From the human T2T-CHM13v2.0 reference genome, Homo sapiens: a stretch of DNA of 64,000 nt. A program made the position numbers and the translations under genes. This document shows positions 23,546 to 40,024 of this stretch, one piece after another. Where the stretch lies: NCBI RefSeq assembly GCF_009914755.1, contig NC_060927.1; one strand, given 5' to 3'. Position 1 is the stretch's first letter, and each line of letters starts with the position of its first letter. The notes under the pieces were generated by a model. The model was not told the origin of the DNA. It saw nothing but the letters and a program-made list of their open reading frames with translations, and searched no databases.

Positions 23546-25311
23546 GGAGAATCTCGGGCTCCAGCCCCCTTCTCCCTCTCAGATAGAGCCCATCTGCCAG
23601 GTCCCCCGGGGCCTGCTGCCCACTTACCCACGAATCAGTCTACACTAGGCTCTGGCACAGGCTCTAGGGTGATGGCTCCTCCCAGGGAACCCTTGTTCTT
23701 TAACAGGGGCCTCCTCTAGAAAATGGATGAGCAGCCAAAAAGTGACACCTTGAGCCTCTCTCCTCCCACCTCAGGCTAACAGCAGGTGGTGGCTCAGATA
23801 GTGGGTGAAAATGCTTAACTACAACGTTCAATTAAATGGTCATTATTATACTTTATATCATCAAAACCAAGTTGCACACATTCTTTGTCTGTCTTCGGAG
23901 ACATCTGGGAGAACAGGATTCCTGAGGTCACAGGGTGGGGAGCTAAGCTCTGGCTGCCGGGCTGTAAAGCTGATGTTCAAGGGGAGAGGTCCCAGGCTCC
24001 TCTGGTGGCTGGGGGATGGGGCTATAAGATGGTGAGCTCGAAGCTCCAGGGAGGAGTGGGCTGGGGCATGTTGCTCTCAGGGACTTTGTGATGCAGTGCT
24101 GCCTGGTGGCCTTCGAGGAGGGTGAGACACCAGGAGAGGCCCCTAGGAAACCGGGTCAGGACTCAAGAGCCAGGTGTGCCAGGGAGGCCATCAGAGTGCA
24201 GGGGGTGACCTCAGCTACACGAGGGACAGCCGCTGTGCCCCCACAGGCCTGTGGGGACCAAAGGGGCTGGGTGTCCAGAAAGCTCTCTGGCAAAAATACA
24301 GAGGGATGTGCAACTGCAATGTAGAGCCTTTATCATCATCTGTTTCTTAACTCCTCGGGATTAAGAGGCCAGCTACTAAAACATTTCCAGTGCAGAAACT
24401 GCGAAGTGGAGGAGCAGAACTGGACGGGAGCTCTGAGACCATTTCACTAAGTCCCCTTTATTTTACGGAGGAGAACTTGAGGTTCTGCAGCCAGGTGCCC
24501 CACCTCTCAGACTAGGCTTCCTAAGAGGTTCTAACATGCTTAGGAGCTCAACCATCCCTGAAATGGCTACAAAATCCCACTCTCCTGGGACTGACTTTAT
24601 GGAAATATTCTGAAGTTAGAAACAAGATGGTAACTCTCCCCACAGTCACAGCCCCGGAAGGCGGGCAGCTGAGACCTGGCTGGGGGCCAGGAAGGGGTGG
24701 TTCCAGCTTCAGTCATTCATGCTGACCCAGCTGCCCCCGATCCCCCACCCTCCCCCTGCACCAGCCTCCCAGATTAGCACAGGGCTAAGAGGGCTGCTTT
24801 CTCTCCCGGCCAGGATTCTCTGTCCCTGCCATCTGATTCTCTGTTGTTAAACCATAGCTCCAGGCTGCTTCCAGGAAACACTCCCTAAGTATCCATGTGG
24901 ACATATCAGTCTAACTCATATGCCCCATGTACTGGTTGAAACTTGTAATATATTGTAGTCATGTACTAAAATAAGTCTGCCTTTTAAAAAAATTAAGTTG
25001 TTTAGAGACACTTTGCTCTTGAGAGCCTGTTAACTGAAATCAGCTGGGTGTTGAGTGTGAACTCACCCAAAGTGAAAAGTGTGGTTGGTTAGATCCAGAA
25101 AACGAAGACTGGCTGCCCTGAAACCCCCAGAAAAAAAAGGATGTAGGACATTCAAAACCTGGTGCCTCCTAACAAGCAGCAAGTAGAAAAAACAGACTCT
25201 GACGTAAGTCACCATCAAAAGGACTTCGTTTAAAAAGAAAAAAAAGTTCCACCTAGGCTGTGAAAGAGACAGAGGGTCAGTGTGGCCCAGAGACAAATAA
25301 GAAGGAATAGT

Positions 25312-25621
<310 letters not shown>

Positions 25622-26765
25622 GGAATCGTGATATTCCCTTGTGGCATCTCTTTGCTCTCCTTGCTCCCTTCATATTGTGTAATGAATAATAAATTATTAA
25701 GTCTATGTCTTCTAAGAAATAAATGCTTTAAACATTTAAAGCTAGAGCTGTTTTCCCCTGGGCCTTTGACTTAAAGCCAATCCTCCATTGCCTGCTGCTC
25801 CATAGGAAGGCAAGACTCATTTGATGAGCTCCATGTGTATTGTCCTAGCTTGACCCCAACTCCCCATTTACCTAGTGTGCCCCAAGGACTAGAAGCATAG
25901 GCTCAAAAAGGTTCTGCTGCTGGGAGCTGGAGGTTGGGGGCACCTCCCTCGGATACAAAACGTGGATAATGGCTGACTCTGTGCTGGGATGGCCACAGCT
26001 ATCTGGGCTCCAGATTCAGGATCCTAACCTTCCCCGGGCTGTTTCTACTTGGATCTGTTTTTTCTCTGCTCTTAGCAGGTCTAAAGTGAATCTGTTTTTC
26101 TTCTTCCTTACTCTCCCCCATCTCCTCCAATTAAACACATTAAAACCCAGCCCTGTCTATCTTGTCTCTCCATCTGCAGCCAGCTTTCAATTACCCACGC
26201 CTGGGTTATTTATGGCAAATGTCCAACCAGGGGTTCTGCCACCCAGAACGTTTCCGAGCACAGACTGACCAGCAGCCGCTGCAGGCGCAGGGAGCATGAA
26301 CTCATTTCATTATCAGCCCGAGCCAGACATTTGGAAGGGAAATCTGCCAAGAGAAAATCACAGATGCGTTCCTCAGCCAAAGAGAAGCGACGTTTGTATT
26401 ATGATTTGTTTCTGATCCTCTGTGTCCCTTCCTCCTTAGCATGGGTAATGATGACACAGCTGTTTCTCCAGCAAACTCCAAGAGCAAATGTCACTCCTGC
26501 TTTCCAGGGGCATCATTCTGTAATTCCCTCTCATTTGCACTCTGGTGGAGCATGCGGGGCTGAGCAGGAGGAGGTCAGCACGGCTATGGGAGGCCATGGC
26601 CGAGTCAGCGAAGGCTGGGGCCCAGGTCTAGACAATCTCTGCATTCAGCAGCAGCACAGAGCCCGCGTTCTATTATCTGTATAAATGGAGCAGAAAATTC
26701 AAAAGCCATTTGCAGTGGTTTCTGGCATGCCTTATCTAGGTCGGGTGCCTTTCTCTCCAATTTAC

Positions 26766-27103
<338 letters not shown>

Positions 27104-27543
27104 TAAGGGTTCTGTGAAACACTGTTTGGGAGATATCAGTGTGGGGGATTTAATTCATTTGAAAAAAGATGCACACTGTATTCTCCTGTGAAAGCACACA
27201 ATAGTACACTCAAGGCTCTGAGAAGGTGCTATTTTTGGTACCAACACCAATTTAATTTCATTTAACTCTGTGATTTCGTGATTTCTAAACGTGTTTAGGA
27301 ACAGAGTAGCAGTTTTGTATTTCTTGTTCTGTTTTTGTTTTCTTACAAAACCCTTATGGAACCAGCATTTGAAAGCCACAGTTTCAGTTACGGTTGGTAA
27401 GAATGCGGCTCCCCAGCGAGGCTTGCTGGGTGGGAGATGCAGGAGGTGAGGAGTGGAGGCTAGCCGGCCCTGAGGGCTGCCTGGCTGGACCACAGGCCTG
27501 GCCTGGGTGAGAAGTAAGGTGGGGCTGTCAGTGGAACCAGTAC

Positions 27544-27766
27544 CTCTTGGTGCTGCATGCATCCGGGCAGGTGGGGCACTTCTCACACATCTCCCCAAAG
27601 GCCCCCGGCTCCGTGCATTGGCACTGCCCACAGAGACAGTGCCCACGCTCGCTGCAGATCTGGCCATCTCTGCCCCGGCATGTGCTGATGTCTGTCGAGC
27701 AGTTACAGTTGTCCCCGATGTAACCTGCATGGCACTTGCATTCCCCGCAGTGACACTCGCCATGGC
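27544..27766 (-). CDS. ITGB5: Integrin beta-5 exon 11 (223 bp; [23 protein letters not shown]...CPDACSTKR), I-EGF repeats
   Basis: Acceptor ttttag|GC, donor AG|gtactg; frame continues from exon 10; Cys spacing typical of integrin beta chains. Confidence 0.97.
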
Positions 27767-28061
27767 CTAAAAGGATACATGTGGCACATCAGCACCTGCT
27801 CACCTTTACACATGAGCACATAACCATCTGGTGCCCCACATGCCAGGACTGGGATTCAGCAGAGAATGGAACACCAACTCTGCCCTCAGAGCCTGTTTGG
27901 GGAGATAGACAGAGGGCCTAGAGCCAGCATGAAGGGACAGCAGGGGACCCTGGCAGCGGGTGTGGCTGGGTTGGGTCTAGACTGGTGCTCCAAGTTGGTC
28001 CAGAACTTGGCCAAGTTGGGCCACAGGGCCAGGACCCAGGGAAGCTTCCTCCTGCTTCAGT

Positions 28062-28547
28062 TGTGTGAATAATGGCCCCCAAATATGTTCCCACTCCAAT
28101 CCCCAGAGTATCACTGTTACTTTCTACAGCAAAAGAGCTTTCACAGATGAGATTAAGTTAAGGATTTTGAGATGAGGGATTCTCCTGGATTGTCTCTGTG
28201 GGCCCTAAATGTAATCACCAAGGTTCTTCTGAGAGGGAGCAAGGGAGACTGGACTACAGAGGAAGGTGGCAGTGGGACAACAGAAGCCAGGATGCTGGCT
28301 GCTGCTCTGAAGATGGGGAGGATGCCAAGAGCCAAGGAATGCGAGGAATGCAGCTCTGGAGGCTGGAAAGGCCAGGAAGCCGATGCTCCCTGGGAGCCTC
28401 AGAGGGAATGCAGCCCTGCCGACACCTCCATGTTAGCCCAGTGAAAATGATTTCAGGCTTCTGACCTCCAGAGCTGTAAGAAAATAAATCCGTGTTGCTT
28501 TATGTCACTAAATCTGCGGTCATCTGTTACAGCCATAGCAGAAAACA
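28062..28547 (+). mobile_element. MaLR LTR (MLT1C/D-like)
   Basis: aataatggccccca...gattaagttaagga...cagccctgccgacacc...aataaatccgtgttgcttt. Confidence 0.75.
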
Positions 28548-28659
28548 CGGTTGTTCTCCCTGAGTCCTAGTTAGAAGCTGAATTCCTGCCCAGGGACCCG
28601 AAACCCAGAAATGGATGATTTAGGAGCAGATGCTGAGAACAGCAGCAGCAGCAGCAGCA

Positions 28660-28890
28660 GCTAACACTCACCAGTGCTTCCTATATGAGCACCTTACACG
28701 TAGAAATGGGATGAATCCGCACAGTGACTTATGGGGCAGGCATTATTGTCCTTGTTATATAAGGGGTGAAACCAAGACCCAGAAAGGTGAAGCAATGGTT
28801 GATGGTCACACAGCTAGTGGCAGCAGAGCCAGGACTCAAACCCAGAGAGTCTGGCTCCAGAGTCCACGATCTCAGTGCCAAAGTCTACTG
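28660..28890 (-). mobile_element. MIR fragment, preceded by (CAG)7 at 28640-28660
   Basis: gaaaccaagacccagaaaggtgaagc...ggtcacacagctagt...ggactcaaaccca MIR core. Confidence 0.6.
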
Positions 28891-29047
28891 CCTCCTATGA
28901 GCACAGGCAGCCAGGACTAGAACCTGCAGGGGGATGCCCTGGCCCTTCCTTGCAGGGGGTCCTCTCCATCGCCTGCAAGGGTGGAGAGGCGGGGGCTGCC
29001 CCCACTCAGCAGGTGTGAGGGGCAGGAATATCACTCAGCTCAGAGGA

Positions 29048-29290
29048 ATGTGTGTGCTTGTGAGAAAGCGAGTGTGAGTGTGTATGAGTGTGTGAGTGCA
29101 AGTGTGTGTGAGGAAGTATTTAAGTGTATGTGAGTGGGTGCAAGTGCATGAGTGTGTACAAGTGTGAGTGTATGTGTGTTGGAGTGCAAGTGTGAGGGAG
29201 GATGTGTGTGAGTGCGAGCATCTGTGTGTGTTGGAGTGTGTGTGTGAGGGTGTGTTGGAGTGTGAGTGTTTGTTCTGGAGTGTGAGCGTG
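29048..29290 (+). repeat. Degenerate (TG/TGAG)n low-complexity repeat
   Basis: Interrupted GT-rich run of ~240 bp. Confidence 0.85.
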
Positions 29291-32200
29291 CTGGACTGTG
29301 AAAAGACTAGATAGCACCGTCTTCCAAGGGGACCAAGGGCCTGACAGTGGAGTCTCCATTTTCGACACAATCAGAGGCAGAACGCAGTGCTACAATTGGT
29401 ATTTTTTAAAAAATCAACTTTGTATTATTTTTTTCCCTAATGCCATTATGTGAAGGCTGATATTAATACAACCAAGAGTTTCATTTGCTGAGCACCACTC
29501 ATCAACTAGTGGGTGACTGGAGAGGCAGGGTGGGGAGACCTTTCATTTTACTTCCACATCTGAGTCAGTTACCTGGCTTGTTAACTGGATCCCAGCACCT
29601 TCCCTGGACGACCAATGTGTGTGACCCACAATATAATATAGGTCAGAACTCAACTCCAGAAAGCCTCTTCACCCGCCACTTAACTTCCTGCCCCTGCTTC
29701 CCCTGGCTCCGTCCACTCTCTGGTGCCCAGAACCTGTAGGCGGCAGGGGGACCATCTGGACAGCCAAGCCTCCCAACCCTCCTGTGCTCAGACAGCCTCT
29801 CTGCTTACCCAGGGGTCTCAGAGCCACAGCAAATGTGTGCTGAGCAGGTGCCCTCCCATGTCACAGGCAGCGCTGAAGCAGATGGCAAGCCCTCCAGGAG
29901 AGGGAAGGAAAGCCAGACTCGGGCCCGGAGTCCGCTGTGGAATGCAGTCTTAACTGTGTAGATGCGGGCGTGTGAGGGGTAAGCCACTGGAAAGGGCAGT
30001 GTCTCGCAGCTCAAGGGTTCCATAGCAGAGGCTGGGGCAATGGGCAGCATGAGCTCATCCCTGGAAGGGAGAGGGCGGTCCTGCCCCTCCTCTCCACCAG
30101 TCTGGGACCAGCACTTTTGAGCCTTGGCAGCAGGAACTCCCCACGGGGAGCCTTCACAGGTGAAATGGATCCAATCCACACAACTCCCTCACCCTCTGGC
30201 CTCAGGGAGCACACTGGTCAAGAGCCTGGTTTCAATTAAAATGGCTCACGGTGAGGGGATTATTCCCCACCCCCCCAACATTTTGTTAGGAAAACTTCCA
30301 AACCTGCAGCAAAGTTGAAAGGATTGTGCAGTGCACATACATATCCTCCCCACCCAGATCCTACCTTCACATGTGACATGCTGCTTGACTGCTTATCTAT
30401 CCACCTGTCTGCCCTTCCATCAACCCGTATTTTTAAAGATGCATTACAAAGTGAGTTGCAGACACTGATGCACTCCAAGGGTAGACTTAATACGGCTCTG
30501 GCACTCTCTGATGGCTTGTCCATCACACGATCCCCACAACACAAACATATAAAAAGTAAAAGGCATGCTCAGCGCTAAGCAACAAAGATGGCACAGAGGC
30601 CAGGCGGGTGTTGTTTTCTTTCCTACTCTAATTGTTGCTGGCTGCACCATAAAATTATCCAAATACAATGTGGCACAATATGCCGAAGTGTCAAAGGTTT
30701 GGAGGTAGCCTATTCTTTTGCTGAAGGGCCTGGGCTTGGGGTGAGGCATGTGTGTTAAGGGAACGGGCCTTCCTTGTGAAAAGGCCTGTTCGCTGCAGAG
30801 GGGAGCCAGGCAAGGTGCCTGCTGCTCTTCATTTCCCCTGGGATGGCTGGGGGGCAGGGAAGCCTAGCTGCTTTAAGTATGTCTGATACCTTGCAGGCCC
30901 GAGAGTTCCACAGCCTAGCCCAAGGTCAGGGCGGTTGAGTGTGCCCCTGACCTAGGGTATAAGAAGAGGAGTCAGGAGTCAAGGGTAGGAGAGGGTGAGA
31001 GCTGGTGGCTCACCAGAGGTCACCACCGTTCCTTGGAGAGGGACAAGACCCAAGGCCAGAGCTGCTGGCCATTCCTAAAAGCTTCCTACCACCCTTGAGC
31101 CCAGCCAGAAGCTGCCAGGAAAGCAGTGGTGTGTGGAGCCCAGCCCGTTTCTGGGGGTGAGCCAGTGGGAGCCACGGAGGGGCTGTGGGACATCAGAAAA
31201 CCTTCATCTGCATGGCTTTTTGGCCTCCAATATTTGATGACTTCAAAGCAAAGCCCTAGCCAGCCAAACCAGAAAATAAGCCCCAGGCTTCACACTTGAT
31301 GAAATCACTGAAGCCACCAGAATGCTTGTCCTTTGTGACTCTGATAATAGTCCCAGTTGAGTTTACCTTGGGTAGTTCCCTGCCTTTCAGAGACAGCCTA
31401 AAGCAGTGACAGCAGACGCTGCACATCTCCTTCTCCACACTTGTGGCAGGCATCGCTGTCTCCTCATAGGAGTCTTCTCCAAGGGGCCTGGGCTTGCCCT
31501 CAGAATCCTCAATGCAGTCCTCCAAGTAGGTTCTACCAAGTGGTGGGAGCTGGCACACAAGTCACAACTACTGGGCCACCTTGGTTGAAACCAAGACTTC
31601 CAAGACTCCTTCAGAAAGCGTGACCCACACAGACAGTCAAAAGCTACATAGGCCTGGTCACATTTTATCCCAATCCAAATGTCTCAGCTCCTGCAGTTGA
31701 GCCTCAACCTGCCTTTCCCTCAGCCTGCGTGCTCAGAGATTGCCTGCATCTTCTGGTCAGCCCCAGACCCTCCTACTGCCCTAGGAGGAACACATGTCAT
31801 CAAAAGGACCAGCGTCATTTGGCCCTGTCCCAAGGATCAATAACCTATCAATCACCATCATGGGGACTGGGAACAACATCCTGGCGGACAGTGCTCAGAG
31901 GACCTAAGTCAGGACTCTTCATCAAAACAAAGCTAACATCTAATGCTACCTTGGCAAAGTGAGTTGAATTTAATAGTGCCTGCGGAAAAAATATTTTCAT
32001 TACACATAGATAGGGATACTGAAGGACATGTGAAATCCCTGTGCAAGCTGTGAACTGCTACACATGCAAGTTGTTATTATTAGTACCTTTGTTACAATGA
32101 TTGATAGCCAAATGGACAGGAAGTTGTAAATGTGTCTATTTATACAGATTTTCAGCTGTATAGAATTCAACAGCTTTCCATCAGCAAAAGTGCTTGTGTG

Positions 32201-35200
32201 GGCTATGGGCCAAGACACAGCCTCTTGCCTCCTCTTATAAAATTGAATCCTGGCTATTCAGAGGAAGGGGCAGGCTGGGAGGCAGAAGGGGAGCCAGTGG
32301 CCCTGTCAGCCCAGGAAGACGTGAGAGGAAGCCCCAGCATCGACGCTCTGTGGAGGTCAAGGCAGGCAAATCCTAAAGCAGCTACCAGGCTGCACCACAA
32401 AGCAGTGAGGACAGAATCCAGCCTGCAGGGTGTAAGGAGGTGGTGACAGTGAGCGTAGGGGACTCCCACAGGTAACCTAGTTGTGTGGGGACAGGCGGAG
32501 ATGGGGGACAAGGAGGATGGGGGATTTTGCAGATGGGATACATTTGAGCATTCTTCAGATTAAAGAGAACCATTCAGAAGAAAGTCGTGCAGGATGGGGA
32601 AATGAAGGAATCAAGGGAATGGCAAACTCTGAAGAGATCACAGTAGAGATGGAGTGGGAGGAAGGAGAGGCTGGGCTGAGGGCGAGGGTGTGGCCATGGG
32701 GAGATGCTGAAGCCTTAAGTTCCAACAGCAGAGGAGTTCAGGGAAACAGGGTGACCAGCTGTGTGACAAGCTGAGGGTGTGGGCTGGAGCTCAGTTCAGA
32801 TCCCTGGGTCACCTTGGGCAGGTCCCTAAACTTCTCTGATGATCCGTTTCCTCCTGTGTTGATGAGGATAATGCCTCCCTTGCAGGAATGCTGTCAGAAA
32901 CATCAGTGCTCTTCCAAGTGATCTCTGACACATGGGGCATCAGGACACGGGAGCTGGCATTGCTGTGGGTGCCACTGGAGTTGACACTCTAGGAACTCGG
33001 AGACCCACGTGTAGTACAGCTTGTCCACAGGGAAAGGCAAGGCACCCAGAACAGCAGAACTCGGGGCAGAGGGCGAGAGTGTGAGGCAGGATCAGGTCTT
33101 TGGGGAATGTAGGGGGTAACCAGGAGGTATGTGACAGGAAAAGTGGAGGGATGAGACAATCTCAAAAGAGGGAGCAAAGGGGATGGAAGGCAATGAGCCA
33201 AAGGCAGTACTGGGGGGCGAGAAACGTGTGACCTGGGTGTGGGAGGCCTCCCACCACCAGCCTCCCCAACCTCCCCCTACCCTGTGGTCTCAGGCACCAA
33301 CAGACCCAGGAGAAGGAGCAGGTGGGAAGTTGTGCATAAGGCTGAGGATGAAGAGGAGCCTGTTCACCATGAAACATGGGCAGTGGAGAACAGAGCTGGG
33401 CTATGAAGAACCACCTGGAAAAGGGGGCAGTGGAGTGCGGTGGTTAACACAGGGATTCTGGAATCAGGCTGCCCGGGCTGGCCTCCTGAATCTGCTATTT
33501 ACCAGCAGTGGCTGCCGTTTCACCCCTTTGTATATTTAAATGGGGCCAGTAAAAATGCCTTGCGGGTAGGGTTGTTGTGTGAGTTAGCTCGCTTAACCTC
33601 TATAAACCACTTAGAATAGTGTTGGCTCATTAAACATCACTGCCTTATCATGGCGGGGTGTGGGGGGAGCTTGGCACAGGTCTTTTTGGAGGATGTTCAG
33701 GGGTACCCTTTTTGTCAGCTTAAATCACAGACTTCCACAGTTAAAGGGCCTCATGAGGTGACCGAGGCCATGCCCAGTCGGAAGCAAGAACAGCCAGGAC
33801 TGACAACACCCAGAGCCTGAGGGAGCTGCTCGGCCAGTCTGAGCCTTGGCGGGGAGGCTCACACCACAGAGGCCCCCTTCTGCCCTGCGTGGGGAGCTCC
33901 CTGAGGCATGCCAGAGCAGGGCACAGTGGCCCTCAGCGAGGCCTCTGAGGCAGGGCACGGGGACCCTCAACTCTGGCCCAGGAACAAAGCCACTGCTCCA
34001 TTCACCCCCAAACGCCACTCTGGGTCTGCAGAGGCCCAAGGCAGCCATGGGTGACCGCAGAGGGCTAGCAGGACCGCAGTGGGGCTGCAGGAAGGAAGGA
34101 GCCAGCTTGGGATGGGGCAGAAATGAGGAGGGGTTCTCTTCTTCCCATCCTCACCCAGCTCAGTGTTATAACCAGGCAGACGTCAGGCCCTCAGGGTACA
34201 AATCATCTCTCCATAGCTGGCTCAAAAATAGTTTCCACTAGCTCTGGAATGCACTGTGGCTTCCTTGGCTTCCCTCAGCACAGCTCCATCCCCTCCGGGA
34301 GTCCATTCTGGCTCACAGAAGGCTGAAGAGGGAGGACTGGGCTCAGCGCCTGAGACAGGAGGGCCGTCCCCTTCTCTCTTCTCACGGCCCTGTCCCCCAC
34401 CCCCATGCCCACGGTCAGTGTCTCCTGCACATACACTCACCTCCTCTCATCGTCTCATCTCAGTTCTGCCTTAGTGTCCCCCCCCCGTGTTTCCCCACTT
34501 TCCTCACATCCCCCAGGGAACCCTCCCCTCTCCCCGGCAGTGTCCCCTCCTCCTCCCTCTTCCCCTCTCCTCCGAAAAGGTGGCCATGTAAACAGGAAGT
34601 GGCTTAAAGACATAGAGGGAGTGTGGCTGGAAGCCTTTACACATGGGAGGTAATTTCCCTATCATCACCCAAAGTCAGATTTCATGTGTGTTCTAGCCAG
34701 CTCTGTGTGAGACTCTGGGCCCAGTTTCTGGAACTCTCCATCAACTGTCGTAGGCAGAGCAGGAAGCCAAGTCAGCAGCTGTGTGCTTCAGTTCGCTGGT
34801 GTCTGTGTGGCTGAGGGCCGTGTGACACTGCCGAGCCAGGGCAGCCTGGGATGAGATTACAAAGTGCGGAATGCGCAGCGGCTGGGGAGAGCTCGGTGAC
34901 AGACCTGCTTGGCGCTCACATGCTGGGCCAACCACAGTCCTCTCTGGAGCACCAGAGCCAGACCCGGGATGGGCTCACTGTGGCCAAACACATACATAAG
35001 CTTCCAAGGACTGTGGCCTCTGTCTGGGGCTTTGAAGATTTCCTGGGGGGAAATCCCTCCTAAGAAGCGCTATTCCTGGCTCTGCTGACAAGCAGGTTGG
35101 GATTACGTAACAGACCCCTTGTCCTCCCATGCCCTCGTGTGTCCCCACCTGACCTGTGCTGCCTGGTGTTCTCAGGGTGTCTCCAAGCCTGGTCCCCACA

Positions 35201-35849
35201 GCAATATGCCCATCCCACTATTTTCCCTCTCCCCTCCATGTGCTGGTGTTGATTGTAGAAAAAGTAAAGAACAGAGATTTCTGAAACGCACAGGACGTGT
35301 TCCCAACTTCCTCACAAGGGATCTCAGCTTGGGTCCAGGCACCTCAGTAGCAACTAAATAAATCTCCAAGGGCAAGAGAGAAGTTGCTCTTGAAAAGTTT
35401 TGTTCTCACCATGGGTTTCCTGCACTTGTAAACAGCATTACCATGCCTGGGGGAGTTATGGATTGGAGAACTTGCCAACTAAGGGCTGTTTCTTTCACAA
35501 AGAAAGCACAGCTCTCCCTTGCTTAAAACCACCCCTAGAACTCAGCTTTGGTGGAACGTCTCCCCTGCTCTCCTAGGTCCTATCCCTGTCCCTCCACTGT
35601 GCAACTCCTCAGACTTGCTGGGGAAGTCCTCTCTGAGCAGTGCTGCCGTGCAACCTCACCCACCTACCTGCTGGCTGTGGGCAGCGGTCCAGGTTCCTCA
35701 CCAGTAAGAGAGGAATAGTGCCTTGTCTATCTTATAGGATATGGGATATTCTTAGTCAATGTGCAATAGAGAAATGTATGTTGTACTTCAATGTTTACTG
35801 CCTTCTGGGAAGTTGTAATTCCACTGAGATAACAAGCCATTAAAATCTC

Positions 35850-36105
35850 TTAATAATAGTAAAACTTTATGGAATTCTTACAATAGGCGAGGCATGGTTC
35901 TAAGCATTTTACATGGATTATCTCATTCATTAGTCCTCCCAATAATAACCCTATGTTGTGGTACAATTATTACTCTAATTTTTACAGATATGGAAATGAG
36001 GCACAGAGAAGCCAAGTAACTGATCCAAAACCACACAGCAGGTAGGTGGCAGGGCTGGAATTTCACCCATATCTGTTTGACCAGAAGCCCATACTCCTTA
36101 CCACT
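35850..36105 (-). mobile_element. MIR
   Basis: ttttacagatatggaaatgaggcacagagaagccaagtaactgatccaa core. Confidence 0.7.
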
Positions 36106-36341
36106 ATGGGAAGAGAGCATTTCAAGGAGGGCATGGCCAACAGAGTCCACTACAGCCGAGAAGTCAAGTACGATGAGGGCTGAGAGCCCATAGATTTATC
36201 AAGACAAGGTCACTGGGGACATGGGAAGACTATTTTAGTGGAGTCACAGGACTGAATCCAAATTAGACTGAGTTAAGGACTGAGAGGGAGTCAGTGAAGG
36301 AAGGCAGCAAGTGTAGACAACTGTTTTAAGGATGTGGTTGT

Positions 36342-36720
<379 letters not shown>

Positions 36721-36775
36721 CTATTATTTTCCCTTTCTTTCTTTTTTTTTTTTCTTTTTTAATATTTTAAGATTA

Positions 36776-37138
<363 letters not shown>

Positions 37139-38000
37139 TTAGTTAAGAGACGTAGGTATAGAATCACTTGGCACACTGATGGACTTGTTTGTTTGCTGGT
37201 CTGCCTCATCTCATTAGCCTACAAACCCACACGCAATCAAAGCCTCTGTTTTATGTTTCTGTGCCCCACACCTAGCATGGTGTCAGGCGTGTAGAAGATG
37301 CTCAGAACATGCTGTCCTTTGGTTGTGGTTGACAATATCACCAGGACAAACCTCAAACCCTGGGGGAAGACATCCAATGCTGGACATAAGAAAAGGAACA
37401 GAAGTATTATTGATACCTGAAGAACTTAAATGTGATTCTTGAGATATTTCAGATTCTTAACAAATGTCCAAGAAACCCAGAGACTTCAGAGTAACATGAG
37501 AAAAAGACAATTAAGAATTCTCTTTTCTCTGGAAGAACATGGTTGTGGTCACACTGAAATCGCAGCCTTGCATCTCCCACTTTTCTTGCACATTGTTTGG
37601 GTTTCTCCAGCAAAAAGCTCTTTAGAGATACAAACAATGACACATCTTTAGTCTCAGGGACAGCTGCTCCTCTGTCCGCGGCATATTGTTAACAAACCAG
37701 CCCCATCAGTCAGCTGATGGTGTTTCCCAACAGGCAATGCCCTGACAAGCCCCTCACCCTTTGTCCTTCATCGGCTGGACTACATGGGGCATTCTGTATC
37801 TGAGTAGCAAAATACCACTGCTATAAAAAAAAATAAGGTGATATTGCTTTAAGCCAAGGTTCTCCAAACCTCAGCATTAACTTTCTGAGATGATGGTACT
37901 GGCTAGAAATCTAAGACTCCATTGTAAAAAGCAACAGAACCGTCTCAAAGGCTATCTTTGCCTTTCTGGTCTTAGCCACCTGATTTCTCAATGCTGATGC

Positions 38001-38292
38001 CAGCTGGGTGCAGTGGCTTATGCCTGTAATCCCAGCAGTTTGGGAGGCTGAGGTGGGAGGATCCCTTGAGTTGTAGACCAGCCTGGGCAAAACAGTGAGA
38101 CCCCATCTCTACGAAAAAATTAAAAATTAGCCAAGCATGGTGGCACATGCCTGTAGTCCCAGCTACTTGGAAGGCTGAGGTGGGAGGATAGCTTGAGCCC
38201 AGGAGTTCAAGCCTGCAATGAGCTGTGATTCACACGCCAGTCTAGGAGAGACAGTGAGACCCTATCTCAAACAACAACAACAACAAACAAAA
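38001..38292 (+). mobile_element. Alu (AluJ-like) with (CAA)n tail
   Basis: Dimeric Alu; TSD-like TCAATGCYGATGCC. Confidence 0.88.
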
Positions 38293-39071
38293 TCAATGCC
38301 GATGCCCAGCTGCCATGTCACAGGGAGATTAAGGCAGTGGAGGGAAGATGGACAAATCCTGTGTTCTTTAATGAATTCACCTTTCCAGTTTCAAAGAAGT
38401 CTAAAACCAGCTGAGTGAAATCAACCATAGTCCTCTTCTAGGACCCTGAGAATGCTGATTCAGAAAGAAAAACAGAAGGCTGTAGCCAAAAGAAACAGAG
38501 GTACTTCAGGTCAACACCTTAGGTTTGGCTTAACCTGCCCAATCCGCCTGGCAGGCACTTCTGGGGAAATGCCAATCACATCTGGAAAGTGTGAACTCGC
38601 CACCCTCTTGGTCACCGCAACAGGATGCGAGGGTTACTATTTTCAAACTGGAAACTGTCATGGTGTTGTGGTTGGTTAACAGTTCCCATATTCCACCCCA
38701 GGCTGGCCACTGTTCAGAGACTAGCTGCCTTCTCAAAGGACGGAGGTGGTTTGGAATGTCCCATGTGTAGGCCACACTGAAGCCTGGCTGCCGGGACCCC
38801 AGTCAAGCCATGAGGCGGCAGGGAAGCAGCTGCTCAGCAGAAGAGCAGCCCCCTAGGGTTAGGGGAGGTAGACGTTGTTTGGGTCAAGACTTTTGGCCCA
38901 AAATTTCAGTGGGGAGTGTGGCCTACATGCCAGTCTTCTCAGCCGTAGCCTCCCACAAGGGCAGGGTGAGTGACAGCACACCAATCTCCTGGCACAGTAA
39001 TAACAAGTAAATGAGATCATTCACGTCAAGGGCGTTTTATAAATTAGAAGAGACTAACAAAGGTGCACTTG

Positions 39072-39400
<329 letters not shown>

Positions 39401-40024
39401 TCAGCATCACCAATAACAACAGCCAGATACCCACTGAATACTAAGAAGAGCTCTATGTCTTTCATCATATTATAGTCACGAAACGATGAGTACCTCAGGC
39501 AGTTGCTTGGTCCATGTGTATCCTCCAGGCCTGGTTCACTGTGTCTGACATATCCTTATGTAACCTAGAGAAACTCACTTAGGAAAACGGGCTAAATATT
39601 TCCTAAAATTTTGACAGAGATAAAGAACGCTTATAAGGTAGGACTTGGAAAATGTAGGCTAAGTGCCAGGGTGGTGGGAAGGGTCTTAAGTTAACCAAAA
39701 AAAGTAAATTTAGGTAGAAATGAGCTAATTGTTTACCTGCAAAAGGCAGTGCAAGGTTCTCCCTGTCTGACTCTATAATCAAAAATCACAAGGAGCCCTA
39801 GTTCAGATTCTGGGCTTCAATTTTCCCCAATGTAAATAGTCGAAGCAGGCAATGCACTGTAGACACACCGTGTGTGACAGGCTCTGCTAGGAAAGGCATG
39901 AGATGCAAAAAAATCCTCCCAGTTAGGGCTTGCTCATGATGAGTGCAAAACACTAACAAACGAGCCTGTTTGTTTCCAAGGAAATGATCTCAATATAGTG
40001 AAAAGGCCATTAAAACAGATTCTC

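Noticed and set aside
27155-27763. 202-aa minus-strand ORF, and similarly 49698..50279 (193 aa)
   Set aside because: Off-frame readings of GC-rich ITGB5 exons 11 and 10 extending into introns
28640-28660. (CAG)7 as a polyglutamine/polyalanine tract
   Set aside because: Short, intronic, at the edge of a MIR; not in any exon
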